Source of the DNA: an uncultured bacterium
Lineage (GTDB): Bacteria > Ratteibacteria > UBA8468 > MWAK01
Direction of reading: 5' to 3'
Assembly: GCA_964587375.1 (NCBI GenBank)
Contig: CAZPLE010000097.1
Location: 1-36,656 of the forward strand
Length of the DNA: 36,656 nucleotides
The position numbers and the translations under genes were made by a program. Below, in pieces: positions 16,197 to 24,147 of the stretch. The notes under the pieces were generated by a model. The model ran no database searches and had not been told where the DNA came from. It saw nothing but the letters and a program-made list of their open reading frames with translations. Numbering within the stretch: position 1 is the first letter of the stretch; each line of letters begins with the position of its first letter.

Positions 16197-16796
16197 TTAA
16201 GAAGGCTTACCGGCTCCCGCTTTTAATTCGGCAATAGCCGCCATTACTTGTTGGGCAAAACCTTTATAATTTTGACCGGAGAAGGTCAACGGCTTTCCGT
16301 AAATTACCTTTATCGCTGCCGGCCGGAAAAACCTCGCCCGGTAGGGAAGAGCCTTCTCTGTTCCTTCCAGATAGACCGGAATGACTGGCGCTCCTGAACC
16401 CTCAGCAAGAAGGCTCACGCCGGGGCTGCCGGGCAAAAAAGGTTGCGAAGTAGTGTTCCTTGTGCCCTCTGGAAAGAGCACCAGAGGGTTCCCTTTTTTT
16501 AACGACCTCATTGCCCCAATCAGTCCCACCGCGCCCCTTTCCTGCCGCAGGGGGATGACTCCTACGCTCTTAAATATAAGAGAAGCGAAAGGGTTTCTGT
16601 AAAAGACCGTTTTAGACAGAAACGTGCACCGCCTCGGAACCCTTAAAGCCACCAGGGGAGGGTCAAGATAACTCCGATGGTTGGCTGCTAATATCACTCC
16701 TCCCCGGTGGGGAATATTTTCCAATCCTTTTACCTTAAACCGAAAGAAGATGCGGACGAAAACCTCCCCGAAGATCTTCAGGAAGCAATAGAGCAT
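16197..16796 (-). CDS. plsC: 1-acyl-sn-glycerol-3-phosphate acyltransferase
   Basis: HX4D motif NHRSYLD, FPEGTR, and a C-terminal block with VIPV. 199 aa. Confidence 0.88.
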   Translation of the reverse strand: MLYCFLKIFGEVFVRIFFRFKVKGLENIPHRGGVILAANHRSYLDPPLVALRVPRRCTFLSKTVFYRNPFASLIFKSVGVIPLRQERGAVGLIGAMRSLKKGNPLVLFPEGTRNTTSQPFLPGSPGVSLLAEGSGAPVIPVYLEGTEKALPYRARFFRPAAIKVIYGKPLTFSGQNYKGFAQQVMAAIAELKAGAGKPS

Positions 16797-16804
16797 CCCT
16801 TTTT

Positions 16805-16834
16805 ATTTTACAATCCCTTTTGTTTCTTTGTCAA
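16805..16834 (-). promoter_or_regulatory. sigma70-type promoter TTGACA-18 nt-TAAAAT immediately upstream of the plsC ATG (leaderless candidate)
   Basis: Minus strand: TTGACA (16834-16829), 18-nt spacer, TAAAAT (16810-16805), then only AAAAAGGG (8 nt) before ATG 16796. No SD at functional spacing. Confidence 0.5.
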
Positions 16835-16870
16835 TTTTTCGTAGCGCTTCGTTTAGTTGGAGAGGAGACC

Positions 16871-17929
16871 TTAACGCCTTCCGTACTTATTGACCAGGTC
16901 AAAGTAATGGAGGGCGTTCTCTATTGGGACATTGGGAGGGATGTGGTTGCCGACCGCCATAACAAATCCGGGGCACCTTTTCGCTGTCTCTATACACCTT
17001 TTCACTTCCTTTTCTATCTCTTCCTTTGTGCCAAAAGTAAGGATACGGCAGTCTGCGTTTCCAATGATGATATGGGTCTTTCCATACCGCTGGACTATCA
17101 GCTCCAGACTGGTTAAGGGCTCAAAGATGAAGCCGTCGGCTCCAGCAGCGGCAATGTCATCAATAAACTGGGTAAAGTTGCCGTCAGAACAGAAGAGAAC
17201 CTTTATTCCCTTTTCCTTTAAGGGCTGCCATAATTTCTGGTACCTGGGGAAGAGATACCTGCGGTACCACTCCGGGTTAAAGATAGCGCCGCTGGTCCAG
17301 ACCATATCGTCGTGTGAGATAAAGACCTTAATGGTAGTCTCTGCCCAGGCCTTAATGTTGGCCAGAGTGAGATTGAAAAACCCTTCCAGAACCCAAGAGC
17401 CGAACCTCTCCGGGTCGGTCGCCACCCCCAAGAGAAACATCTCCCAGCCGAAGGCCTGAATGCACCCGGAGATGAGGGTATTGTAATATCCACCGGAATT
17501 GATTAGGTCCGGGAAGAGACGGCAGCGCTCATCAAAAATGGCCTGAAAATAGCGCCGCCGTTCTTCCGGGTCAGGTAATCCATACTCTTCAGCCGCGTCA
17601 AACGAGAGGACCTCTTCCGGGGTTTGGAAAGGGCAGACTATGGTATCGCGAAAGTCCTTGCCGCCTTCCGCATACGTTGCGTGCCCCATATCGGTGGTTC
17701 GGCCAAGTTCTTGCCAGGGTTGTGGTCCATCATTGGAATACCATAGAAAGTCGTAATTTGCCCATCGGTAAAAGGTCTCCCAAGCCTTGTTTTGCTGGTC
17801 AGGGTCTGGGCTGTTGGGGTCAAGGCCAGTAACCTTTCTGACCAGTGTGGTATGGTCGCAGTATTCTGTCCTCCCTATCCGGGGAGCCATCTCCAGGTTC
17901 AGTATCTGCAGGCCTATTTCGTAGCTCAT
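16871..17929 (-). CDS. uroporphyrinogen-decarboxylase (URO-D) fold family protein of unknown function
   Basis: About 350 aa with URO-D-family-like architecture and C-terminal pattern (...FISHDDMVW...LFCSDGNFTQFIDDIAAAGADGF...IIGNADCRILTFGTKEEIEKEVKRCIE...GFVMAVGNHIPPNVPIENALHYFDLV). Start uncertain: ATG 17929 gives no overlap, while ATG 17959 overlaps fhs by 20 nt. The ORF-track start at 18058 overlaps fhs by 119 nt. Confidence 0.65.
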   Translation of the reverse strand: MSYEIGLQILNLEMAPRIGRTEYCDHTTLVRKVTGLDPNSPDPDQQNKAWETFYRWANYDFLWYSNDGPQPWQELGRTTDMGHATYAEGGKDFRDTIVCPFQTPEEVLSFDAAEEYGLPDPEERRRYFQAIFDERCRLFPDLINSGGYYNTLISGCIQAFGWEMFLLGVATDPERFGSWVLEGFFNLTLANIKAWAETTIKVFISHDDMVWTSGAIFNPEWYRRYLFPRYQKLWQPLKEKGIKVLFCSDGNFTQFIDDIAAAGADGFIFEPLTSLELIVQRYGKTHIIIGNADCRILTFGTKEEIEKEVKRCIETAKRCPGFVMAVGNHIPPNVPIENALHYFDLVNKYGRR

Positions 17930-17939
17930 TTTTTGGGGT

Positions 17940-19634
17940 TCAGAAGAGGCCAACGACATTGCCTGCCTGGTCAATATCCACCTTTGTCCCAGCCGGTTCG
18001 CTGGGCAAGCCCGGCATGGTCCGCATCTCTCCGCATAAAGGATAGAGAAACCCAGCACCAGCCGCCAGCCGGATATCTCTGATGGGCAGAGAGAATCCGG
18101 TTGGTCTTCCTTTTAATTTGGGGTCATGGGAGAGAGAAAGGTGAGTCTTTGCCATACAGATGGGAAGGTTTGCGTAGCCCAAATTGGTGTAATGGTTTAT
18201 CTTCTCCTCAGCCAACGGTGAATATTCTACCCTTTCCGCGCCGTAGATTTTGGTAGCGATGGTCTCTATCTTTTCTTTAATGGAGGCCTCCAAGGGGTAA
18301 AGGAATCTGAATTGGGAAGGTTTGGCAGAGGCAGCGACCACCGCTTCTGCTAATCGCCGGCCACCCTCGCCACCCTTTGCCCACACATTACTCTCCACCG
18401 CATCGTCAGCACCAGCGGCAAGGGCCGCCTGGTGGATGGCAGCGATTTCGGAGTCAAAATCGGTTGGGAAGCGGTTAATCGCAACTACCACTGGTATTCC
18501 AAAGAGGCGCACATTTTCAATATGTTTTGTAAGGTTTGCAGCCCCCTCCAGCACAGCATTTGGGTCTTCCTTGAGCAGTTTTTCGGGTAAGGGCCTTCCC
18601 GGGACAACCCGAAACCTGCCGCTGTGCATCTTTAAAGCCCTCACCGAGCAGACAATTACTACCGCATCCGGAGTAAGGCCGCTCACCCGGCACTTGATAT
18701 TAAAGAACTTCTCAGCGCCACAATCAGCACCAAATCCACTCTCCGTCACAAGGTACTCCGCCAGATGGATACCTATCAGGTCAGCGATGACGGAACTGTT
18801 ACCGTGAGCGATATTAGCAAAAGGGCCAGCATGGACGAAGCAGGGTGTATGTTCCAGCGTCTGCATCAGGGTGGGCTTTATGGCGTCTTTCAGCAAGACC
18901 GCCATAGCGCCAGCGGCTTTCAGGTCATCAGCGGTCACTGGGTTACCATCTTTGGTTGCCGCTACCACAATCTTTCCCAGGCGCTTGCGCAGGTCAAAGA
19001 GATCGGTAGTCAGCGCCAGAATAGCCATTACTTCTGAGGCAACGGTGATGTCAAAAGACGACTCACGGGGCACACCATCTTCCTTTCCGCCCAGGCCGAT
19101 GATTACCTTTCGCAGAGCGCGGTCGCTTACATCCACTACTCTGGGCCAGGTGATAGAATAAGGATTGATATTAAGTGGGTTTTTGTGATAAAGGGAGTTG
19201 TCTAAGAAAGCGGCCAAAAGGTTATGTGCTAACCCCACCGCGTGGACATCGCCGGTAAGGTGGAGGTTAAAATCTTCCATCGGAATTACCTGAGCATAAC
19301 CACCCCCAGCGGCCCCACCTTTTATGCCAAAGACCGGGCCTAAAGAGGGCTGGCGCAGACAAGTAATTACCCTTTTCCCAATCTTGGCCAGCGCCTGGGA
19401 AAGGCCAATAGTCGTGACCGTTTTCCCTTCGCCCAATGGTGTAGGCGTGATCGCAGTTACATCAACATACTTACCCTTTGGCCGGTTCTGGATACGATCT
19501 CTGATTTTAAGGTCAACCTTGGCTTTAAATTTGCCGTAAAACTCCAGTTCATCGGGTAGAATACCCAACCTCTCGGCGATCTCCGCAATCGGTCTTATTT
19601 CTGCTCTCTGGGCGATCTCTAAATCAGAAAGCAT
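17940..19634 (-). CDS. fhs: formate--tetrahydrofolate ligase
   Basis: MLSDLEIAQRA...I..IAE.LGI, ITPTPLGEGKTT-like P-loop (ITPTPLGEGKTVTTIGL), GGAAGGGY and FANIAHGNSS. 564 aa, typical FTHFS length. Confidence 0.95.
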   Translation of the reverse strand: MLSDLEIAQRAEIRPIAEIAERLGILPDELEFYGKFKAKVDLKIRDRIQNRPKGKYVDVTAITPTPLGEGKTVTTIGLSQALAKIGKRVITCLRQPSLGPVFGIKGGAAGGGYAQVIPMEDFNLHLTGDVHAVGLAHNLLAAFLDNSLYHKNPLNINPYSITWPRVVDVSDRALRKVIIGLGGKEDGVPRESSFDITVASEVMAILALTTDLFDLRKRLGKIVVAATKDGNPVTADDLKAAGAMAVLLKDAIKPTLMQTLEHTPCFVHAGPFANIAHGNSSVIADLIGIHLAEYLVTESGFGADCGAEKFFNIKCRVSGLTPDAVVIVCSVRALKMHSGRFRVVPGRPLPEKLLKEDPNAVLEGAANLTKHIENVRLFGIPVVVAINRFPTDFDSEIAAIHQAALAAGADDAVESNVWAKGGEGGRRLAEAVVAASAKPSQFRFLYPLEASIKEKIETIATKIYGAERVEYSPLAEEKINHYTNLGYANLPICMAKTHLSLSHDPKLKGRPTGFSLPIRDIRLAAGAGFLYPLCGEMRTMPGLPSEPAGTKVDIDQAGNVVGLF

Positions 19635-19650
19635 AAAGCCTCCTTAACTT

Positions 19651-20922
19651 TTAGAGTGGAATACCCTGATAATCGCATCTCTTTAACTTTCCATCCAGTT
19701 GGAGTTTGAGAACGGTGTCATGCCTGTCCAAAGGCTTTTTCGGCAACCCTTTGAGGAAGACCCTGCCGTCAGACAACTGCTCCACCTGTATCTTTTTACC
19801 AGTGGCCAGGATTTGAGCAGAGAGAACCTTATTTCTAATGCCCACCACTGTTGCCGTTTCACCAGGCCAGCGGAATACATGGAGATAGAGATGGTTGCCT
19901 TTTAAGGTAAAAGTACCGATGATGGTCCTTGGCCCATCAGAAGGCATCCTTTCCGAACCATAGATGGACTGGCCATTAACCTTCATCCATCGGCCAATCT
20001 CCCTCAACCGGTCCACCTCTTCCTTTCTTACCGATCCATCCGGTTTGGGTCCGATATTCAGCAGGTAGTTTCCGGCCCCAGAAGCAGCGGTTACCAGATA
20101 CTGGATTAACTGGGTTGGCGATTTCATGTTGGGGTTGTATTTGACATAACCCCAACCTTGAGGGTCTCCCATGGTCATGCAGGACTCCCAGCACCTTCCT
20201 GGTGCTGAAGGGTTTACCGCTTGTTCTGGTGTATCCACATCTTCCACGATACCGGAACGGTTGTTGATGATAATCTCCGGCTGAAGGGAGCGCACCATCG
20301 CATTCAGTTCTTTGGAGCGCCAGAGTTTCGCCAGTTGAGGAGACGCACCCTTTCCCTCCTCCATACTCCTGGCTATAGGAACTCCGGGTATCCATTCTCC
20401 ATCGTAAAATAGGTAGTCAATCTTACCGTAGTTGGTCATCAACTCTCTGACCTGGTCATGCGCCTGCTTTACCATCGCCTCAAAACTTTCTGGGTATCTC
20501 TTCCGGTCAAAGTATCCGGGAAAACGCCAGTCCAGAAGAGAATAGTAGAAGCCAACCCGCAACCCTTCTTTCCGACAGGCCTTTACATATTCGGCTACAA
20601 AGTCCCTTTTGGCTGCGGTCTTTACCGAAGTAAAGTCGGAGACCTTGCTGTCAAAGAGACAGAAACCGTCGTGGTGCCGGGTGGTGAAGACCAGATACTT
20701 CATTCCCGCCTCTTTAGCAAGCGATACCCATACCTTGGCATCAAAATTTTTGGGGCAAAACCGTTGGGCCAGTGCTGCGTATTCTTTTGCCGGGATGCGT
20801 TCATGCCACATTACCCACTCCCCCCGGCCTAGAAGGGAATAGAGCCCCCAATGGATGAACATGCCAAAGCGCGCCTGGTGGAACCACTCCGTTCTTTTCT
20901 GGTAAGTCAATCTATTCCTCAT
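19651..20922 (-). CDS. alpha-L-fucosidase, GH29 family, no signal peptide
   Basis: WFHQARFGMFIHWGLYSLLG, YLVFTTRHHDGFCLFDS, KRDFVAEY, GFYYSLLDW and IDYLFYDGEW (nucleophile Asp region) form the GH29 motif series. The N-terminus is hydrophilic. Confidence 0.88.
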   Translation of the reverse strand: MRNRLTYQKRTEWFHQARFGMFIHWGLYSLLGRGEWVMWHERIPAKEYAALAQRFCPKNFDAKVWVSLAKEAGMKYLVFTTRHHDGFCLFDSKVSDFTSVKTAAKRDFVAEYVKACRKEGLRVGFYYSLLDWRFPGYFDRKRYPESFEAMVKQAHDQVRELMTNYGKIDYLFYDGEWIPGVPIARSMEEGKGASPQLAKLWRSKELNAMVRSLQPEIIINNRSGIVEDVDTPEQAVNPSAPGRCWESCMTMGDPQGWGYVKYNPNMKSPTQLIQYLVTAASGAGNYLLNIGPKPDGSVRKEEVDRLREIGRWMKVNGQSIYGSERMPSDGPRTIIGTFTLKGNHLYLHVFRWPGETATVVGIRNKVLSAQILATGKKIQVEQLSDGRVFLKGLPKKPLDRHDTVLKLQLDGKLKRCDYQGIPL

Positions 20923-20945
20923 AAATTTTCCTTCTCAATTTTTGG

Positions 20946-21821
20946 CTAAAGCCCAGAGGCGTCCAGTACTAAAGAGAGATATTTTTCCCAGCCGATGGGC
21001 ATGATGTGAACCCCGCGGCACATCCCCTTCAGGTTTTTTATTATTTCGGCTGCAATAGCGATACTTTCCGAAACCCTTCCTTCTTTGGGTGTATCAGCCA
21101 TCCGTTTGATATAATGTTCCGGGACGGTGACCCCTGAGACATGTTCATTCATATACTTTGCCATGCCCGCACTCTTAAGAAGCACGATACCAGCCAGCAC
21201 CGGTACCCGATACTCTTCTATACGGCGGATAAACCTTTCAAATTTATCCAGTTCGTAGACCGCCTGCGTCTGAAAGAATTCAGCTCCTGCCGAAACCTTC
21301 TTCTCGAACTTAATCAGTTCTGGTTCTATTGGGTCCTTGCCTGGATTGACCACTGCGCCCAGGCAGAAGGAGGGAAAGGGCTCGGCCAGTTTATTTCCGG
21401 CGCTATCTAAGCCACTTTCTAATCTCCGAGCAACCTGCAGCAACTGGACAGAATCAAGGTCAAAGACCGGTTTAGCACCGTGGTCGTCGCCTAACATCGG
21501 GTGGTCGCCAGTAAGTACCAGCACATTCTCTATCCCAAAGGTCGCAGCAGAGAGCAGGTCTGATTGGAGCGCCAATCGGTTCCGGTCCCGACAGGTCATC
21601 TGCAAAATCGGTTCTACCCCTGCCTCTTTCAGTTTTATACACAAAGCCAGTGAGCCCAGCCGCATGACCGCACTCTGTAGGTCTGTCACGTTGACTCCAG
21701 CTACCCGCTGGGCAATGCTCCTTCCAATCTCCACCAGTGGTTGGGTCTCTATCCCTTTTTCAGGACCAAACTCCACCGTAACTAAAAATTGGTCAGTCTT
21801 CAGTTTTTCCTTGAATTTCAT
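20946..21821 (-). CDS. metF: methylenetetrahydrofolate reductase, short (acetogen-type) MetF
   Basis: 291-aa MTHFR TIM-barrel pattern (VEFGPEKG, NVTD, LQMTCRDRN, LVLTGDHP, FQTQAVYE). It directly follows a MetV-type gene. Confidence 0.88.
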   Translation of the reverse strand: MKFKEKLKTDQFLVTVEFGPEKGIETQPLVEIGRSIAQRVAGVNVTDLQSAVMRLGSLALCIKLKEAGVEPILQMTCRDRNRLALQSDLLSAATFGIENVLVLTGDHPMLGDDHGAKPVFDLDSVQLLQVARRLESGLDSAGNKLAEPFPSFCLGAVVNPGKDPIEPELIKFEKKVSAGAEFFQTQAVYELDKFERFIRRIEEYRVPVLAGIVLLKSAGMAKYMNEHVSGVTVPEHYIKRMADTPKEGRVSESIAIAAEIIKNLKGMCRGVHIMPIGWEKYLSLVLDASGL

Positions 21822-21838
21822 CGTTTCTCTCCGGTTGG

Positions 21839-22516
21839 TCAGATGGCTGCCGCTTTCGTTTTCAGCGGCTTTACTTTCTTTGACCAGTCTTTAGCCGGCT
21901 GCATCTTCTTCATCAGGTCCAGCCGGTCCAATTCCTTCAGCCGGTTGTAAATTAAAAGCCACCCACAGGGTCGGTCACTATCTACCTCACATTTGCCCTC
22001 TTTACTTGTGCCGCCGCAAGGTCCGTTAAGTAGCCCTTTAGCACACAGAGTATGGGGGCACAGCCCCCCTAAAAGGTCAAGGAGACACTCACCGCAGAGG
22101 CTGCACTTTTCCTCAAAGGTATTGACAAGGCCGGCGGGTGTAAGTTCCGTTTTCCATTCCGGGCCAAGAAAGAGGGTATCACAGCCAGGCACTGTCCATT
22201 TCTTGGTAATCTCTGTCAGAACCTGGTTCCCCAGTCCGCAGCAGAGAACTAAAATTGCCTCTGCTTCCTCTACCGCCTTCTGTTTTTCACGAAGGTCTTT
22301 CTTTACCTTCGGGAGGATACAGCCCCGCTCCGGCAGGAGATAGCCAGTAACCTCCTTACCGTTTTCTGTCAGGAACTTTATCATCTCCTTTATCTCTGGC
22401 TCACCGCCGGTCCGGCAGGTAGCAGCACACGCCTGACATCCGGAAATAAGGACCTTTTTAACACCCTCCAACTTTTTCAGGATATCCTTCCGGGACTTCT
22501 GAACCGTAATAACCAT
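21839..22516 (-). CDS. metV: MetV-type Cys-rich MTHFR accessory subunit (MTHFR C-terminal-like domain)
   Basis: Cys clusters SGCQACAATC and CSLCGECLLDLLGGLCPHTLCAKGLLNGPCGG...CEVDSDRPCGW match the MetV / MTHFR_C pattern. Located 17 nt upstream of metF. Confidence 0.8.
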   Translation of the reverse strand: MVITVQKSRKDILKKLEGVKKVLISGCQACAATCRTGGEPEIKEMIKFLTENGKEVTGYLLPERGCILPKVKKDLREKQKAVEEAEAILVLCCGLGNQVLTEITKKWTVPGCDTLFLGPEWKTELTPAGLVNTFEEKCSLCGECLLDLLGGLCPHTLCAKGLLNGPCGGTSKEGKCEVDSDRPCGWLLIYNRLKELDRLDLMKKMQPAKDWSKKVKPLKTKAAAI

Positions 22517-22526
22517 GGGGGCCTCC

Positions 22527-23387
22527 TCAAGAACTATGTTTAGAAAGTTGGGCAGCCAGCACCGTATTTTTTACCAGGATCGCTACCGTTAAGGGGCCGA
22601 CACCTCCTGGTACCGGCGTAATCCAGGCTGCTCTCTTCTCAGCCTCTTCAAACTCCACATCACCCACAATTCGGTCACCGACCCGGTTGATACCCACATC
22701 TATTACAATAGCACCCTCCTTAACCCATTCACCCTTAATTAAGCCGGCTTTGCCCACCGCTACCACCAACAGTTCCCCTTTCTTTACAAACTCAGGAAGC
22801 GTTCCACGTTGACCGGTGGCGATATGGCAGACAGTGGTCGTGACAAATTCGGAGAGAAGAAGGAGAGCAACCGGTTTGCCCACAATCTCCGAGTGGCCCA
22901 CCACTACCGCCTCTTTTCCGTATAGCCTTTCTCCAGTAGCGCGGAGCAATTCCATTACACCGGCAGCGGTACAGGGAACAAAACGGGGTTTTGCCAGGAC
23001 CAAGAGCCCCAGATTTGTCGGAGTTACCCCTTCCACATCCTTTTGGGGTGCAATCAAAGCTTGGGCTGACCGGCTTTCTATGTGAGCGGGCAAGGGCATC
23101 TGAAGGATGATACCACTTACCGAAGAGTCCTGGTTTAACCTTCCAATTTCACCTGCGAGGTCTGCCTGGCTAATATTCTCCGGTAGGTTCCGAAGTTGAT
23201 ACTCCACACCTAAAGAGGCACAGATCTTCTGTTGGCTCTTAAGATAGACTGCACTGGCTTGATTTTCGCCCACCTGGATGGCTACCAGTTTGGGAACTAC
23301 CCCTTCCTTCTTTAACTCTTCTACTTTTATCCTCGTCTCCTCTTTAATCTTTTCCGCTATCGGTTTTCCTTCCAGAAGTTTTGCCAT
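22527..23387 (-). CDS. folD: bifunctional 5,10-methylene-THF dehydrogenase / 5,10-methenyl-THF cyclohydrolase
   Basis: LEGKPIAEKIKEE, VQVGEN.AS..Y, ILQMPLP, VVGHSEIVGKP and ITPVPGGVGP.T are the full FolD motif series. 286 aa. Confidence 0.95.
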   Translation of the reverse strand: MAKLLEGKPIAEKIKEETRIKVEELKKEGVVPKLVAIQVGENQASAVYLKSQQKICASLGVEYQLRNLPENISQADLAGEIGRLNQDSSVSGIILQMPLPAHIESRSAQALIAPQKDVEGVTPTNLGLLVLAKPRFVPCTAAGVMELLRATGERLYGKEAVVVGHSEIVGKPVALLLLSEFVTTTVCHIATGQRGTLPEFVKKGELLVVAVGKAGLIKGEWVKEGAIVIDVGINRVGDRIVGDVEFEEAEKRAAWITPVPGGVGPLTVAILVKNTVLAAQLSKHSS

Positions 23388-23390
23388 TTT

Positions 23391-24017
23391 TCACCCCAGT
23401 CTTTCCCGACATTCATTCCAGAGATTCTCCGCCTGCCTTCCGATCGACCTCTTTTTGACCTCCAATCCCTTTTTTAATTCCTCTTTTTCTGGTAAGGGAA
23501 CTTCTCCGGAGAGGTTTATCAAGACGTTTACTTGGGCAGCATCAAAGGCTGCCCGGGCAAAACCCACCGCACAAGCCACATCGCTTAAAAGGTAGGGATT
23601 CCCTCTTTTTAAGAGCGGGTCAGCCATCTTCAGAATCTCTTCGGAAAGGGCTGCGATTCGCATCAGAAGTTTGTTACCAGCCCTGGTTGCCGCTATCATT
23701 CTGCCAATCCTTTGCGGGTCTCCTTTCTCCATCGCTGCTGCCCGACGGTATTCTAAATAGACAACACTATCCTGTTCAATCATCTTTTGGGCTTCTTCTC
23801 GAATAGATTCGCTACGCTGTAAAATCTCCCTCGCTTCCGAGTCAAAAGAGGCGTATCGTTTTTTACCGATAGTAAAATGGGCGACCATAGAAAGAAGAGC
23901 AGCGGATAAAGAAAGAGAGAGAGCCGCAGCGCTTCCACCGCCAGGCACCGGCTCTCCGGAGGCAAGTCGCTCTAAGTATTCTTTCAGGCTTCCTTTAAGA
24001 TAATTAGGGTTCTCCAC
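23391..24017 (-). CDS. fchA: methenyl-THF cyclohydrolase / formimino-THF cyclodeaminase family protein (FTCD_C)
   Basis: LASGEPVPGGGSAAALSLSLSAALLSMV is the signature N-terminal helix-loop of the cyclodeaminase/cyclohydrolase family. GTG start with an in-frame TAA two codons upstream. 208 aa. Located 3 nt upstream of folD. Confidence 0.8.
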   Translation of the reverse strand: MENPNYLKGSLKEYLERLASGEPVPGGGSAAALSLSLSAALLSMVAHFTIGKKRYASFDSEAREILQRSESIREEAQKMIEQDSVVYLEYRRAAAMEKGDPQRIGRMIAATRAGNKLLMRIAALSEEILKMADPLLKRGNPYLLSDVACAVGFARAAFDAAQVNVLINLSGEVPLPEKEELKKGLEVKKRSIGRQAENLWNECRERLG

Positions 24018-24088
24018 ACTTTATCAAAAGAAACATTACGTATCTTTTCCGAAACAATCTCCAATGATGGGGTGGTAATAACTGCTTA

Positions 24089-24104
24089 CTAATTTGTGAA
24101 TTAG
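24089..24104. promoter_or_regulatory. palindrome CTAATT-TGTG-AATTAG just downstream of the predicted C1-operon promoter (possible operator)
   Basis: Perfect 6+6 inverted repeat with a 4-nt spacer, read directly. It begins about 14 nt downstream of the -10 hexamer at 24118-24123. Confidence 0.3.
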
Positions 24105-24117
24105 ATTACAAAGGGGA

Positions 24118-24147
24118 ATTATAAACCCTCGTTGGATATTCTGTCAA
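24118..24147 (-). promoter_or_regulatory. consensus sigma70-type promoter TTGACA-18 nt-TATAAT for the fchA-folD-metVF-...-fhs operon
   Basis: Minus strand: TTGACA (24147-24142, containing the TGA stop of the MBL gene), 18-nt spacer, TATAAT (24123-24118). It predicts a leader of about 94 nt before GTG 24017. Confidence 0.55.

Noticed and set aside
17930-18058. Upstream starts of the URO-D-like ORF reaching into fhs
   Set aside because: The 18058 start overlaps fhs by 119 nt and adds Cys/Arg-rich non-conserved residues. ATG 17959 remains a possible alternative, while ATG 17929 gives no overlap.
24018-24143. Possible THF, SAM or glycine riboswitch upstream of the folate operon
   Set aside because: I could not recognise any riboswitch consensus by eye. 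The region is only about 94 nt of leader and is AT-rich with a single short palindrome. It is kept only as a 'leader worth scanning' finding, not called as an ncRNA.
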